Source: Marsupella aquatica
Taxonomy: Eukaryota; Plantae; Marchantiophyta
Direction of reading: 5' to 3'
Assembly (NCBI GenBank): GCA_973895155.1
Contig: OZ316891.1
Coordinates: 24,923,899 to 24,987,898, forward strand
Length of the DNA stretch: 64,000 nucleotides
In this document: positions 1-13,400 of the stretch, piece by piece
Layout of the letters: each line of letters starts with the position of its first letter
Position numbering within the stretch: the first letter of the stretch is position 1
Made by a program: the position numbers and the translations under genes
The notes under the pieces: generated by a model
Told to the model about the DNA's origin: nothing
Databases searched by the model: none
What the model saw: only the letters and a program-made list of their open reading frames with translations

Positions 1-800
1 TAGGGACTGAGTCCAGAATCGTATGGCTGAATTGGAAAGGATCGTGTGCGACATTCAGAGGAGATAGCAGGTGACTAAGGATAAGCGAGAGAGCTGGGGT
101 TGAAGCTGGCGCGTGGACTAAAGAACTGGTGCACTGCAAAGGATCGGCCCCCTTTTATACCCTGAGAGCTTGTCGATCACCCGACGCCTCCTTGTCGCTT
201 ATAGGCCGAGCCTTTCACGCTTGTAGTGTACCGGCCACTTTGTCGGTCCGGGTCAGCTCGTATTAGTGGTCGCCTCCCGGAGTTTGTTATACGGACCCGA
301 GGGAGGGGGAAAGGGGACTCATTACACGCTCGCAACCCAAGCATGCGAATGGCGACCGCCGCCAGCCCAAACATGAATTCCCCTTATTGACTAATGATTT
401 CCTACTCATAATGGCTACCTAAATACTTTCATTATGCTAATAATAACGGCCTAAGATACCCTAACGTGCATGCTAGGCGCGGTTAGACCGAATCACTCAT
501 TACCTGTTGTACCGATGGCATCACACGGATCCTTCCTAGTCAGTTTCCCTTTCTCCGGCTCTTTCTCGCTCATTTTGTCTTCTTCAAACCTAACCCTTCT
601 TTCCTTGTCTCGAGTGTCCCGCCTCTCTCGTTCCCCTGATTGAGATGGAGTGTCATCCTTGTCGGTCTTCTTCCTTTTTGACTTGACCGAGGCATCCCAG
701 CTAGCCCCAACCTCAATTGTTATTGCATTGATCAGCACTGGATCACTCCATCCGGATCTCTCTTGCACCAGATCTGCGGGGTCGTGTACTTCATCAGTTA
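1..800 (-). mobile_element. Probable LTR-retrotransposon remnant (LTR-like segment plus gag-linker fragment)
   Basis: Minus-strand TATA-like ccttttatacc at ~150. The 493-768 peptide (WSDPVLINAITIEV..WDASVKSKRK) resembles gypsy gag/pro linker regions. No catalytic domain seen. Confidence 0.3.
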
Positions 801-1394
801 TCAGTGAGTTTCATCAGTGACTGATATCAGTCCAACACCGAAACTCAGCGAATCAGCTGAGATGAATTCTTCTGGGCCACAACCCAATCCACAACCCAAT
901 CGTAGTCTGCGCCATTGTTGGCGCCTCTTTGAGGTTGGATCGGGTACTTTACTTCGACCATTTCTTATGTCGGCTGCCTCTCTGACATTAAAGGAGAATA
1001 TAAAGTTTCAATCTTGGCAGCCTCTCTGAGATTTCCTCGAAGTTCAGTTGAATCTCAGCGAGCCCCGCCGAGATTCAACTGAAATTCGAGAAAAAAAAAA
1101 CTTCTCACATAGGGTCTTTGATATATCATGGGGTGTCGCTACTAAATCTCAAAAAGGATCCATACAACACATCGTACAACAGAGTCCATACAACACGTCC
1201 CTTTCAAAGACTCATCTCAAAGACCCTCGCCGACTTATCCAGGAGAGCTCGGCATGACATTGAAGAACAACACGGGGTCCAGCGTAGAAAGTAACCTTTG
1301 GAGGAAATTTTTATTTTACTTCGTATACAACATGTTGCTCTGTTGTGAAATATTCACAAATTGAATTCACAAAGGCAATCCATCGATCCTCTAT

Positions 1395-2195
1395 CTACAA
1401 ACTGATCGTCTGGCAGATTAGGTCTACAATAATCTTTTGTCGTATAAGCAGTACATGTTTAGGGTCAACCGCCAATACAGAGCCTCTAGAAAGATGCTCC
1501 ATGTTCATTATGACATATACTCCACAATTGTAACTATCGGGTTGGGCTGGAATATTGTCGCGGACGATGCATTGCCATTGTAATGGCGATAAGTGGGGAC
1601 AACTGCGCAAGCGGGACAGGTCATGGAGAAACCGACCGACATTCACCAAATCGTCGCATTCCGATGCTTCGCCTCCAATAGGATCGAGCAAATGTAGTTG
1701 CTGCAAAGTAAAATCGACCACAGCTAGTACCCAATGTTTTGGCCTGTGGATGGGGATTAGAATGAGGTCGAATGAAAAGACGTCAATGCCCTTCACAAAT
1801 GCCAACGCTGCGTTGAAGCTGTACGCAGGATGCGTCAAGACATTGTAAAAATGTGTGGGCAAAAGCATGCATTTGGGTTTTGCAATGACCTCTGCTCTAC
1901 GCTCCAATAGAGGAATGTAAGCATTGATGATGTCACAAGTGAGCCATTTTTTTGCCCTCAAGCATTTGAAATCTTTTCTCTTCAATTTTAAGTCGCCGAG
2001 GCTGACTAGGACTTCATCTTGGTCCCTGTTGGAGTCCAGTGCTTCTTTGACTATGGTCGCAAGTATGGCGGGTTGATGTCGTTGTGCAGGCACCCCCTAA
2101 TTCGGTCGTTGGTGCACAGGCACCCCCTGATTGACTCCTTGCTGGGCAGTCATTACCTCGTCGACTGGTTGTTGTGGCTCAGTTTGCTTCTGAGC
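1395..2195 (-). pseudogene. Ulp1/SENP SUMO protease (peptidase C48) domain; likely last exon of the ParB/MTase-like gene
   Basis: KWLTCDIINAY, HWVLAVVD, LLDP and QPDSYNCGVYV give the H-D-(Q)-C catalytic set. Acceptor ttcattgcag at ~2195. In-frame TAG at ~2098 lies in a duplicated unit whose sister copy has CAG. Confidence 0.9.
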
Positions 2196-2222
2196 TGCAA
2201 TGAAGGTAAATTCACCCAAAAA

Positions 2223-2530
2223 TTACTCTTCGGAATTGGAGCTTGACAAACTTATGCTTGCATGGTGAGTTTGGAGACTATCACTATCACTTCCTACCGA
2301 GCTACTCTCATCCGATTCAGCCTCTTCTGCCCTATCATCGACAAATTTGAGAGTCTTCCTTGTTCTCTCTTTCACAAAATGAGCAACTCTTTCTTCATGA
2401 TACGTATCAGCGTAGCACGGTAGGCTTGACTTCTCCGGAGAGAATAATGCCGAAGCTTCCTCCCAAGCGAGCTTCACAAGTCGTCTGTCCTGTGTGTCCC
2501 ATTCCTCGGTTGCCGACTCGGTGGTCCTGT
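2223..2530 (-). CDS. Linker exon between the MTase-like and Ulp1 parts
   Basis: SPEKSSLPCYAD...KFVDDRAEE matches TPEKSFVLPSYAE...KYIDDEAES at 57761-58078 in element B. Confidence 0.6.
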
Positions 2531-2779
2531 CGGGAACTGCTACTAAGTTATACTTAAATCAAATCATGTATTGCGCCAGAATAGACGGATCACAAGAACG
2601 AATTTGTGAGGCAAGTGAGCTGATGTGGACACCCCAGATAATCCATTGAGTCGCCTTTCGAGATAGATCTCAGAGAGGCTAGCCAAGATGTATTTTTGTC
2701 CCTCCAGACGCATCTAAGGCCCTACATGGACTTGCCAGTAGAAGTTGACGTGGCCAGGCCACCCGGGATTCATCTGGGC

Positions 2780-3135
2780 AAGGCCCGCCGACATGCATCT
2801 CAGAGAGGCCCGCTGAGATGGACTTGCCTGGAAATCTGAATATGCCCGGGCCAGATGCGATTCCTCTCGGCGAGGCCCGCCGACATGCATCTCGGAGAGG
2901 CCAGCCGAGATGGACTTGCCTGGAAATCTGAATATGCCCGGGCCAGATGCGATTCCTCTTGGCGAGGCCCGCCGACATGCATCTCAGAGAGGCCAGCTGA
3001 GAGGGACTTTCCAGCAAATCTCAAAGTGCCCGGGCCAGATGCGATCCTCTCGGCTAGGCCGGCCGACATGCATCTCGGAGAGGTCAGCCGAGATGGATTT
3101 GCCCAGATGGAGAGCCATCTCGGAGAGTCCGCTGA
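2780..3135. repeat. Intronic tandem repeat, ~92-bp unit, ~3.5 copies, carrying the element-A palindrome
   Basis: gcccgccgacatgcatctc[a/g]gagaggcc..gagatggacttgcctggaaatctg recurs at ~2783, 2875, 2967 and 3058. Confidence 0.9.
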
Positions 3136-3158
3136 AATACTATGGGACAATATTAAAA

Positions 3159-6100
3159 TCATTGAAGGGAAACGGTAGTAAACTCACATGAAGGCTTTTT
3201 CTTCTTGCGCTTTTTTGGATTGGATTTTCGACGATCCACTGCCTCCTCTTGCTCCGTTAGAGGCACTCCAACGAACTCTGTCATCGTGTGTTCCGCATAA
3301 GATTTGAAGTACGGATAGGATTCGATCCCAAAGACCATCTGCCCACAATTCTCACCAGCCTTAAAGATAGCCCCGAAGTGTGCATTGAACGTGACAACAG
3401 TTCCCCCTAGCTTAGTTGTATATTCTATTATACATTGGAGTGTAGCTGGAGACAAGGTGCCACCAAAATCATCAATGGTCTCATTTTGACCCGTTGTATA
3501 GTTAGTTAGCCCGTTCCTCAACTTCATATCAAGCTCGACACTGATTGGCTTCACGTCATCCTTTGGGCATACCTCGGCAGACGATTTAAATCCCCAAAGG
3601 TCCAGCTTGAGATATTCACTCTGGAGGTACTGAACAAAGTCAGTGATGAGTCTTTCTGAGTACAAGTCACCGAAAGAACATAAGACAAGAATGGAGTTAA
3701 ATCTATAAGACTTACCCGCTTTCGAGTCGTGAAGTCAAAGGTGGGTGTGGCATTCCAGATGAAAAAGGTGTCTTTCAGCACCCAATTGGTCTCTTCGTAA
3801 TTGAGACTGTCACAAAGTACTGCGGAGTGGGCAACCGAAGCACTGTGCACTATGCCAAACAATCCCTCATCATCGAGGAAAACTCACACAAAATCCTCAA
3901 CCCGACTGAGGTCGTCTGGCCGGAACAAATTCCACAATGGGATGTTCCCATCCGCATGCATGCGGGTGTCTGATCCCATTTGAATCAGAATCAGATTTGC
4001 ACCAGACCTTGTAGGCTTCCCGTTCTTTAGCCAGCCTTCTGCAGCCAAACCACCCCGCCTAAGCTTTCTGCACCAGTCTCTAAAACGGAGTACCACAGCC
4101 GGTTCTTTACTGTCATTGGCAGCGTCAAAGTAAGTTTTGAAAAGATACGGAGACCATTTAAAATAACAATGCCTGAGCGGGGAAGAAAAGTTATCGGCGC
4201 TTGAACACCGAACTCCAACCACCTCTGTGCCATCCGACTCAGGTTCTCCTTCAACGTCCTCTTCGTAATTTGGGCCATCCGTTGGGGCCTCATGTTGGAT
4301 TGTCGTGGGCGGAACCTCTATTGGGCTGGGCGGGGGTTGTGGTATGGTGCTAGGCGGGGGTTGCTCTATGGGGCTGGGCGGAATGTCTTCAAGCTCAGTG
4401 TCACGTGCTTTTGCGCGGCGAGGTTTGGGCCTCGTTGTTTTGGTCTTTTTTGCAGCCTTTGTCTTCGGCCTTGAGGATAATGGCATCCGTTTTGGCGCCA
4501 GAGTATTAGACTCACGCCCCTCTTGTTCGTCTTCTCCTTTGTCCTCTACCCGTTTGTCTTCTCCTTCGTCCTCTACCCGTTCATCTTCTCCTTCGTTATC
4601 TACCCGTACGTCATCTGAATGATCCCCTCCTTGGGTTGCGTTCTCTCCCTGGGATGCGTCATGCTCTTGTTGCTTCTCGCTTTGTTGGTCCAGAGGCTGG
4701 TCTACCATTGGCTCTGTCAAAGGCTGCACGCTTTGTTGCTCCACTTGCTGGTTGCCTTGTTGTAGTGTAGCCGGCTCTATCGTTGGTTCTGCAGTTGGTT
4801 CTGTAGCCGACTCTATTGTTGGCTGTGGAGCCTTCTCTATAATTGGCTTTGAAGCCACTTCTACAGCCTTGCTTTTTACAAAACCTGGTTCCTCCGGTAT
4901 CTCCTTCATACCTGGATAGATTGCAAAGCAATGGGGTTATTGATCCTAAGCTTCTCCGCGAGCCTCGCCGACATGACATCCAGACACTTGACATTATACT
5001 TCATCTGCAAAGGTCCAGACGACATTTGGCTGTTCATCTCAGCAAGCCTTGCCGAGATGAGATCCAAGGGTTTGGACAAGATGCAACTAAAACTTGTTTG
5101 TTCTCAGCGAGCCTCGCCGAGATGAGATGCAGTCTATCTCAACGACCCCGAAATTGGTTCAGTACTATGTTAGCAAACCCAGCCAAGATGTAGTTCCAAA
5201 TGAAACCACTATGCAATGCAAAAGGAATCGAGTAATACCTGATGTTTTTCTTGGACTGGTTAGCGAGTCAGACTGACTGATGTCGCTCAATGGTTCCTTG
5301 TCAACCTTCCGTTCACCTTCTTTTCTGGCCTTCTTCCCGTCATAGGCAGGGTCAGTTGGGATAAGGGTCTCCACCTCTGTTGCCTCCGTTACTGAATCTG
5401 ACAGTTGTCGCAACTTTGTTATATCATAGTAATTACTAGGTTCCTGTGCTTCTTTGAGCAGGTCTGCACTATCCTTCTCGGCAACCTCGAGAAAAGTGTT
5501 CCAATTGTCATACTCCATGTACCATGGGCAGTTCCTCCGTTCCCACTCCGAGAATACTCTGCCATGAGGCATGCTACCATCACATGGATACATGCTAAGG
5601 CTACCTGTAGCCTCCATCCAAGATCTAATCACCAATGGTAGTTGTTTCAACATGTATGAGATGTTCATGTTCTCCTGATGTATGAGAAATCTTGTCACGC
5701 ACCACTTTGTTTGCTTAATCCACGCTTCCCAAAATGCCAATTTGGTATTCCCTTCATTCCAAATGTCACCGCCTACTTTTAAGGATTTCTCTTGCACATA
5801 AGATCGGTAAAGCTTTCTATAAAGCTCAGCAAATTCCTCTTGCGTTCCGCTAAAATTGCCAGGCTGGTAGGCCTTCTCAGCAAAATTGGTCAACAAGATA
5901 CAACCAACGTAGTCGATGTAACACCACATTGACCACATTGCTAGCCATGATCTAACCGCTGAATCACTATTGCTACGTGGATGGTGATACCTACTCCTAT
6001 CTTCCTCCGTTCCAAAATGAGCCTTCAAGAGTTTTAATCTGCACTTTGCAGTTAACCAAGGCCCAGAAAACAAGCGGATCCTGTCCAATCCAACCTGCAC

Positions 6101-7403
6101 ATTCATGACACCCTGCTTGGCCTCCTTTGCCAACTTGTGATAGAGCTGTCGACATGCCAGGATGAATTCCAAACCATTGGTTGGATTCACGCAGGCTGCA
6201 AGCTTGGGGAACTTAGTGTCCCAGCTCTTGCACGCAGCAGTAATCATTGCCTCAGTCTCATGCTCAAGTCTCTTGGCATTCCACGGGTGCCCACGACCTG
6301 CGTCTTGTGCCATTTCCTTTGAAATATTGATTCGCCCCGCTTCAATGTTTGACCAGCTCATGATGTACACAGCTGCCTCTTTTGTCATGTTCTTGGAGTA
6401 CCAAGTCTTCCCGTGGCCACGATTTCGAGCCTTGAGGAAACTCTCCAGCGTCTCCTTGGACATAAGCAAACTGTACTCCTCCAATGGATTGTTCAACAGC
6501 TTCGCCACCCGATCGGCGTCATTGAACCATGACGTCCTCATGACAGTCACGCTTATCCTGGACACGGCAAAGAATGTTCTTAGGTCTAACATTCAAACAA
6601 GGCAATCTTTGACAGATTGCCAATAGGGTATTCACACAAGGGAAACAATATTGTATACCTGTTGTTGCAAAATGTGAGTTACTTACAAGTTCAGAGCATG
6701 CATTGCTTGCTCAACCTTCTTGAATCCGTCCTTTCCAGCGTTCAAAAGAGAGAATCTGACACACGGATGGTACTGCGGTTGATCTGGAAACTCCTCCGCA
6801 ACTGCAGACCAAGCTGTGTACCTATGGTTTCCGTCAAAAACCCAAAACCATCTTGTCCTTGAGCATTTTGAAGTCCTCTGACGCATCGCACTCTTGCTCA
6901 AACTGCTCATTGATTTCAGTCCACAGCGAGTCCCAATAGGGCTTGAACTCTGCCACTGTCCTCGTCTCCCCTGCTTCATTGAACTCAGTGATGTGGAACT
7001 CGCTGAGCTTTACAACATAGCCGCTCTCTCTGAATCCTTTTTTTAGTTTGACCACTGACTCATCATGAAGATTCCTGACGGCCTCCATTGGCATGAGCCG
7101 GCATAAGGGGATCCGGGGAGGATCTTTTTCAAACTTCATCTCATACTTGGAGACGATCAACTCCCAAGCTCCCTTCTCTGCAATATCTGCTAATTCCGCT
7201 GCTCCTATTGGCTCGAACGATATTTGCTTTGGCTCAAACTTCCTCCTTGAGTCCACTGACTCCACAAGGGGACCACCTTGTGAGCGTGTTAGTCGAGATG
7301 TCACTGGCGAAGGGGACAAAGACCATTGTTTCTTACTCCACTGAAAAGTTCCGCTATCAACAGGTCCAGCGACAAAACCAGCCGAGTCTTTCCTCTTCAC
7401 CAT
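3159..7403 (-). pseudogene. ParB/Srx-like domain - helical region - degenerate N4C/N6A DNA methyltransferase-fold protein (spliced, frameshifted), copy A
   Basis: DPPRIPLCRLMPMEAVR...WVFDGNHRYTAW is ParB-like, with a frameshift at ~6840. The helical exon 5165-6592 is homologous to 54744-55858. C-terminal SPATLQCIIEYTTKLGGTVVTFNAHFGAIFKAGENCGQMVFGIE aligns with the MTase motif X/I region. Confidence 0.7.
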
Positions 7404-7954
7404 TGTGATCTAAGATTACATGAGAAAACATTCAAGAATTACTTCACAATAACCATACATCTTGGCGAGCCCCGCCGAGCAAAAGTTTTGACATGTCAAG
7501 CTTGCAACATACATTCAAATCGTGTAGACAGTCATGCAGTGAACAAAATTTCCAACCTCGGAGATGGGTGAAGCGCCGCGCTTGAAACTACAACCCGCTG
7601 AGAGTGATTCGACCACCGCCGACTGAGACCTTCAAATCACCCTTTGCAGCACAAAGCTTGAAACTTTGAGAGTCGACCACTGCCGAGCTCAAACCAAACT
7701 AAGACCTTCAAATCACCTTTGCCAACCAGCACAGAGCTTGAAACTACGAGACTCGACCGCCGCCAAGGTGAAGCCTTCAAAACACCTTCGCAAACCAGGG
7801 CACACGGCCACACTTGCCAAGAATAAGTGGAAGAGAGGAAAGCCAACGTGATTGGAAGACTGGGACGAAGAGCGGAGGGGACCTAGGAAGAGCGAGGATG
7901 CGTGAGGAATAACGGGGAGTGAATGAGACGGGGAGTGAATGATGAAGAGTGAGG

Positions 7955-8350
7955 AAGCGCAGGGATAAGTGAGAACGACGTTGAAAGCCCTAACGAAGCG
8001 TGAAGAGCAAGAGTGATGAGGAAGAGTAAGGAAGAAGGACCCTCGTACCACACGTACCGCACCGATGATGAGGAAGAGTAAGGAAGGACCCTCGTACCGC
8101 ACGTACCGCACCGCACGTACCGCACCGCACGGAAGTACGCCATGGATACGAGAGATCCCCGGTACCGCACCGCACACAAGTACATGGATACGGGAGATCC
8201 GAACTATACTAGAGAATGTACATCTTGTTAATTAACGGGCCAAACAAGAAAGTACGCGGCCAAACAAGAAAGTACGTAAGGTTCTAGGGTTTACGGCCCA
8301 GTATGGGGTATGAGATTTAGGGTCCAAATCTCAAAGACCCTCGCCGACAA
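7955..8350 (-). promoter_or_regulatory. Promoter/5'UTR module of the ParB/MTase-like gene; inverted copy at 15383-15683
   Basis: aagcgcagggataagtgagaa..., gtaccgcaccgcac repeats, ccaaacaagaaagtacg and ctagggtttacggccca (telo-box plus site II) all recur reverse-complemented at 15383-15683. Confidence 0.6.
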
Positions 8351-8575
8351 TTAATTGCGGCCCATACTGAGACGTGTCAACATCTCAGAGCCTCGTCCCA
8401 AAGAGGGAATGGGGGCCCACAATACGAGTCCAAATCTCAAAGACCCTTGCCGAGAATGGATAGCGGGCCAATACTGAGATGTGTCAACATCTCGGAGCCT
8501 CGTCCCAAAGAGGGAATGGGGGCCCACAATACGAGTCCAAATCTCAAAGACCCTCGCCGAGAATGGATAGCGGGA
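8320..8575. repeat. Tandem repeat, ~107-bp unit, containing GACCCTCGCCGA
   Basis: gtccaaatctcaaagaccct[c/t]gccga at ~8322, 8428 and 8536. Confidence 0.85.
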
Positions 8576-9409
8576 TTGACAAAGACCTCTAAACCCTAAA
8601 CCTATATACCCTTGGGTGGGGTATACAAAGCTGCAATGAGACAGCACCGATAGATCTTGGAGACCCTCTCTGAGATGGCGTGGTGTGCCACATCTAGCAG
8701 TCATCCTGTTTTGAGACACTCGCAAAAGAGGATTGTGGACAAGGAAGTTGACAATCTAAATCCAAAAGACCCCTGCTCCATGTCAGATTCCCTCACCAAC
8801 ATAGAAAGGTGTGCCCCAAATGTCTTCACTTTATCTAGGAGATGAAGAACTTCAGACACCTTGTACTCTCGGAGACCCTCTTCAAGAAGGAGTAGTGTGC
8901 ATGAAATGGCAATGCCTCTAAACTCTTGGACCATATCACGGGAGGAAAGGTAAGGCAGATCAGGCAGCGTGTCTCTCGGAGACCCTCTCCGAGATGGAAT
9001 TGAGAGGCACTAGTCCCCCGCCGTGGGACCCAAGATGTCGAAGACCCTCGCCGAAATGGGACTATGGAACTAGAAACACTTCTCCATACCATAAATCCAT
9101 AAACTTTTTACAATTATCCGTACAAAACGACTCGGCAACTCCAAATTGGGCATTTTTTCCTCTACAATGCTTGAATATATCTCGGAGACCCTCGCCCAAA
9201 TGGGATTATGGAACTAGAAACGCTTCTCCGTACCATGAATCCAATTTTTTTGCAAATATTCGTACAAACCTGCGTTTTCTCTCTTTTACAATGCTCGAAT
9301 ATATCTCAGAGAGGCTCGCCGAGTATGATATGCACTCCAAACAACCGACACCAAACTCTGAAGTAGACCTGCGCCAAGGAGGCAATCTGGGAATCCTACA
9401 TCCAAATCC

Positions 9410-10075
9410 ATCTTAGAGACCCTCGCCGAGTAAGAGACGGAATCAAAAGTCGATGATGCTCCGACTCGAAGAGTCGATGTTGAACAGTCAATGTTGCAAA
9501 AACAACAAATCTCCTATTGAGAAACTCTCGCTTGCACAGGAGTGTGGGCCCCAGGAGTCCCGAATAGATCTCAGAGACCCTCGCCGAGTAGGAGTAGGGA
9601 TAAAAAGTCGATGATGCTCCGACTCGGAGAGTCGATGTTGAACAATCAATGTTGAAAAGTCAACAAATTTCCTACTGTGAAACTCAGGAGTGTGGGCCCT
9701 AGGAGTCCCGAATAGATCTCAGAGACCCTCGCCAAGTAGGAGTAGGGATAAAAAATTGATGATGCTCCAACTTGGAGAGTCGATGTTGAATAGTCAATGT
9801 TGCAAAAACAACAAATCTCCTACTGAGAAACTCTCGCTTGCACAGGAGTGTGGGCCCCAGGTGTCCCGAATAGATCTCAGAGACCCTCGCCGAGTAGGAG
9901 TAGGGATAAAACGTCGATGATGCTCCGACTCAGAGAGTCGATGTTGAACAGTCAATGTTGAAAAGTCAACAAATTTCCTACTGTGAAACTCGAGCTTGCA
10001 CAGGAGTGTGGGCCCCAAGAGTCCCGAATAGATCTCAGAGACCCTCGCCGAGTAGTAGGGATAAAAAGTTGATGT
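9410..10075. repeat. Tandem repeat, ~150-160-bp unit, ~4.5 copies, containing the element-A palindrome
   Basis: agagaccctcgcc[g/a]agtag...gataaaaagtcgatgatgctccgactc at ~9415, 9573, 9721, 9879 and 10037. Confidence 0.9.
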
Positions 10076-10419
10076 AGGGCAAAGAGGGGATCGGGCCCGC
10101 ACGATGGGACTTTCAAGACCACGACGTGCAGAATGTACCACATCCACACATTGCAGAAATGTACCTTCTTGGTGGCTGCTGGCAATTAGGTACCTTCTTT
10201 GCGGTACAATTCTCGTTATAAGTATGTTGTGGGTCATACGCTCATTCTACGCACATTGTATCGTTATAAGTATCATTCCGGGTCATACGATTTCTCTATG
10301 CACGTTGTCTGGAACGGTATTCTTGGCCGTAACTGGTACGTACAGGTGCGTTAACGCTGAGCCTCAAAGTTTGTCGTTTTAAGGGATGTCAGATCATTCC
10401 CTATGTGGATTCGGGAAAC

Positions 10420-13400
10420 ATGGCCTCTCTTGTGATTATCACATCTTTAACGGGGGATGTAGTTGTTTTTCGTAATTCTAACGTTGACATTGTCCAAGTG
10501 ACTAAGGAACATGAAGTAGCGAGCCATTTTGGTTTGAAGGTAGGGGATTTCATGATTTATGAGGAGAGCGAGGACGGGTTGTCCACGTCTACTGAATCCA
10601 AAGGAGATGGAGATGAGCGAGAGTGGTACCTGAAGTATGGCGTGTCTTATATTCTCTATAGAAAGACGGGGTGCATACCAAGTGCACACCATGTCAAAGA
10701 GGGTCTCCGACATGAAGAACCTTCTCGGATGAGTACCCCTCGGTCGAATTCATTTCGAATGTGGGAGGATCTTGGAGATGGTGATACTCCACCAAAGGAG
10801 ATACCTCAATCCAGTGGGATTCATGTCAGAGGGGGTCTCCGAGATGGTGAACCTTCACCAATGAATACACCTCAGTCAAACACATCCCAATTCTGGGAGG
10901 ATCGTGGAGCTTGTTATCGTCAACCAAAGGAGACACCTTGTTCAAAGGCATCCATCCTTCGCGAGGGTCTCCAAGATGGTGATTCGGTATGGAAGGATGA
11001 GTTCCTTGTCAGTGTTGTTCATGCCATGTTGCACAAAAAAGGGACCTCTCGTTGTGTACAAGCTGCTCGTAAGATTTTGAGCATGAAATTGCCCGAGAGA
11101 GTTCTGCGATTGCCAGAATTCTATGATGGAGACCATATTTTTGAGTTGCCACCCTTTACTGGTCCATACTCTAAGGGTTGTTTCTTCTTTGGGATGGAGC
11201 GCAAGAACGATTGTTACATGTGGAGCCAGTTAATTGAGACGGGAGCAAACATTGGCCCAAAGCTGAACAACAATAGTCACTCGTACAAGATCCAAAGCGT
11301 CAAGTGTTTGGGTTCTCTACGATGTTTGCATGAGGATTGTGAAAATTTTCAACAGCGACAAGAGCACAATTCTGCAAAGTGGACCCAAGATCGAGCAGGC
11401 ACAAATGAGCTACCTTTCCCTATTGGACGCGATGTTCCCCCGTTGAGTGTAATTTGTACGTACTGCAAGAGGCCTCCCAGGTGTATAGCTCGATGCCCAA
11501 GTGAGATGTACTATATCACTCCAACCAAGGATGACGTGAATTGTTGTCACAAGTCTCGTGTTGCGATGCATATAGGAAATCACACCCATCCTACAATGTT
11601 CACGCATAACAAGGATCAACGATCAGTTGTGCGCAATCTTGTGGAGGTGGAGCTGAAGAGGAGTCCGACTGCTATGCCGTCTGTTACCAAGGGCGAGGCA
11701 ATACAGAAACTTAAAGATATCCTTGAAGACCCAGTGGCTGAAATGGTGACATTTGAGGAGGCAAGAGACCTTAATGAAATGTTGTCCATCCTCGATGATG
11801 AATCCGTTTTTCGCTCTATGATCAGGAGCATCAAGAAGTACAGTCATGTGTTGTCTGATCTTAACATGATACTGGAGATGCGGAAGGTGACTGCCTTTCC
11901 ATTTATCCAAAGTGTTTTGTTCCCATCCCAGAACGTGGGAACAGACGAGCGACCGCACATTTTTAAAATGAGTACAGAAGGTCCTGGTTCCGGGGTGGAC
12001 CTTGTTCGAAGAATGCAGCCAGGCGGGGATCTCAAGCATTCATGGGTGATGTCTGATGTGATGCATCGTATACTTGACAACAAATGGTGCACCATGTCAG
12101 CACACGTGTATGACCATTTCTATCGGGGCCTGTGCACAATCTTTGTTTGTGAGCTGGTTTCAAAAGATAGTGCGGCATTACAAACTGCATGGAAGGTCAT
12201 GAGGAGGGTGTGTGGAGAACATGGGCTTATCAATGTTGAATTTTGTGGCTTTATGGCTGATAATGCTGCTGCTGGGTGGAATGCAATCCGCAATGAATTT
12301 TGGGATGGAAAGGTAAATACCCATAGAGAGAGGTCTGATGCGTTTCACTGGGCCCATTCAGTGGAGAGGGTGCAGAAGCACATTGTCCCACAAAAGAGAT
12401 TTGAGCATAAGGAAATTCTAGATTCGCTTTGACACGCCGGCAACATAGTTCTTGCATTTCGAGTTTTTGAGAAGCTTAAGACGTGGTGGAGCGAGGGCAA
12501 CGCGCTACCCAGAAAAGCGAAGGAGCTCACAACGTGGATGTCTTGGTGGATTGTTCGGTTTTCTCAATGGGGAAATTTTTTGAGACTTGTAAGTGTCTAA
12601 CACTTTTCCTCTATATGCATGAAATCCGTCAAATCTTGGCGAAGCTCGCTGACATGGGGTCAGTTGAAGGGATGTTCAATTGGACGACCTCTGTCTGTAA
12701 CGCTTTCTGTCAAATATCGGCGGCGGTCGCCGAGATATGTTTCCAATTGTATTGACATTCTTCTTGGAAATTGTAGGAGATGGACAGAGAAAAGGCTGCG
12801 CTGATGCCTAACCACAGCGGGGCAGAGTCGGTGCATGCGGTCATGCAGAAATGGTCCTCTAATAGAAAGGTTGGGTTAGTACAGTCCTGTAACTTAGATG
12901 CAACTCGAGCATTGAGCCAGGTTGCATCTTTGGAGCACTACCAACATAGTGGGAGGAAAGGGCGAGGACCGAGCCTATTTGAACTCCGACTTCGAGACGC
13001 TACTGCTGTTGGGAATGTGGAATCTTTCTTTTCAAAATTGAACACATTTATAACTCAACCAGAATTGCGTAAGTTCTCGTCAGCGGACCCACTTAGCGGA
13101 GATGTAGAAACGGTTTCTATGAAGCGCGGGAAGGCCATTTCTGGCGCTCATGTGGTAGTAGAAGATTCACACAGGCCTGACATTGTTCTGGTAATGAGAC
13201 CAAAGAAGAGGAAGTTCAAGGGGGTTGCAAACAGGGACGCAACCTTAAAAAGCATAGATCCTGAAGTTGTGGATCTGTCTTCTGATGGCGGTAGTGGCTC
13301 GGGCGAGCCTGAAGTTGTCATTGTGGAACCTCTCCAACGGACGACAAGGTCAACCCCACGTCCGGAGCCCGTCAGAAGACATGTTCAGGAAACTGATTTG

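Noticed and set aside
2679-3191. Several ORFs on both strands
   Set aside because: They are translations of the 92-bp intronic tandem repeat.
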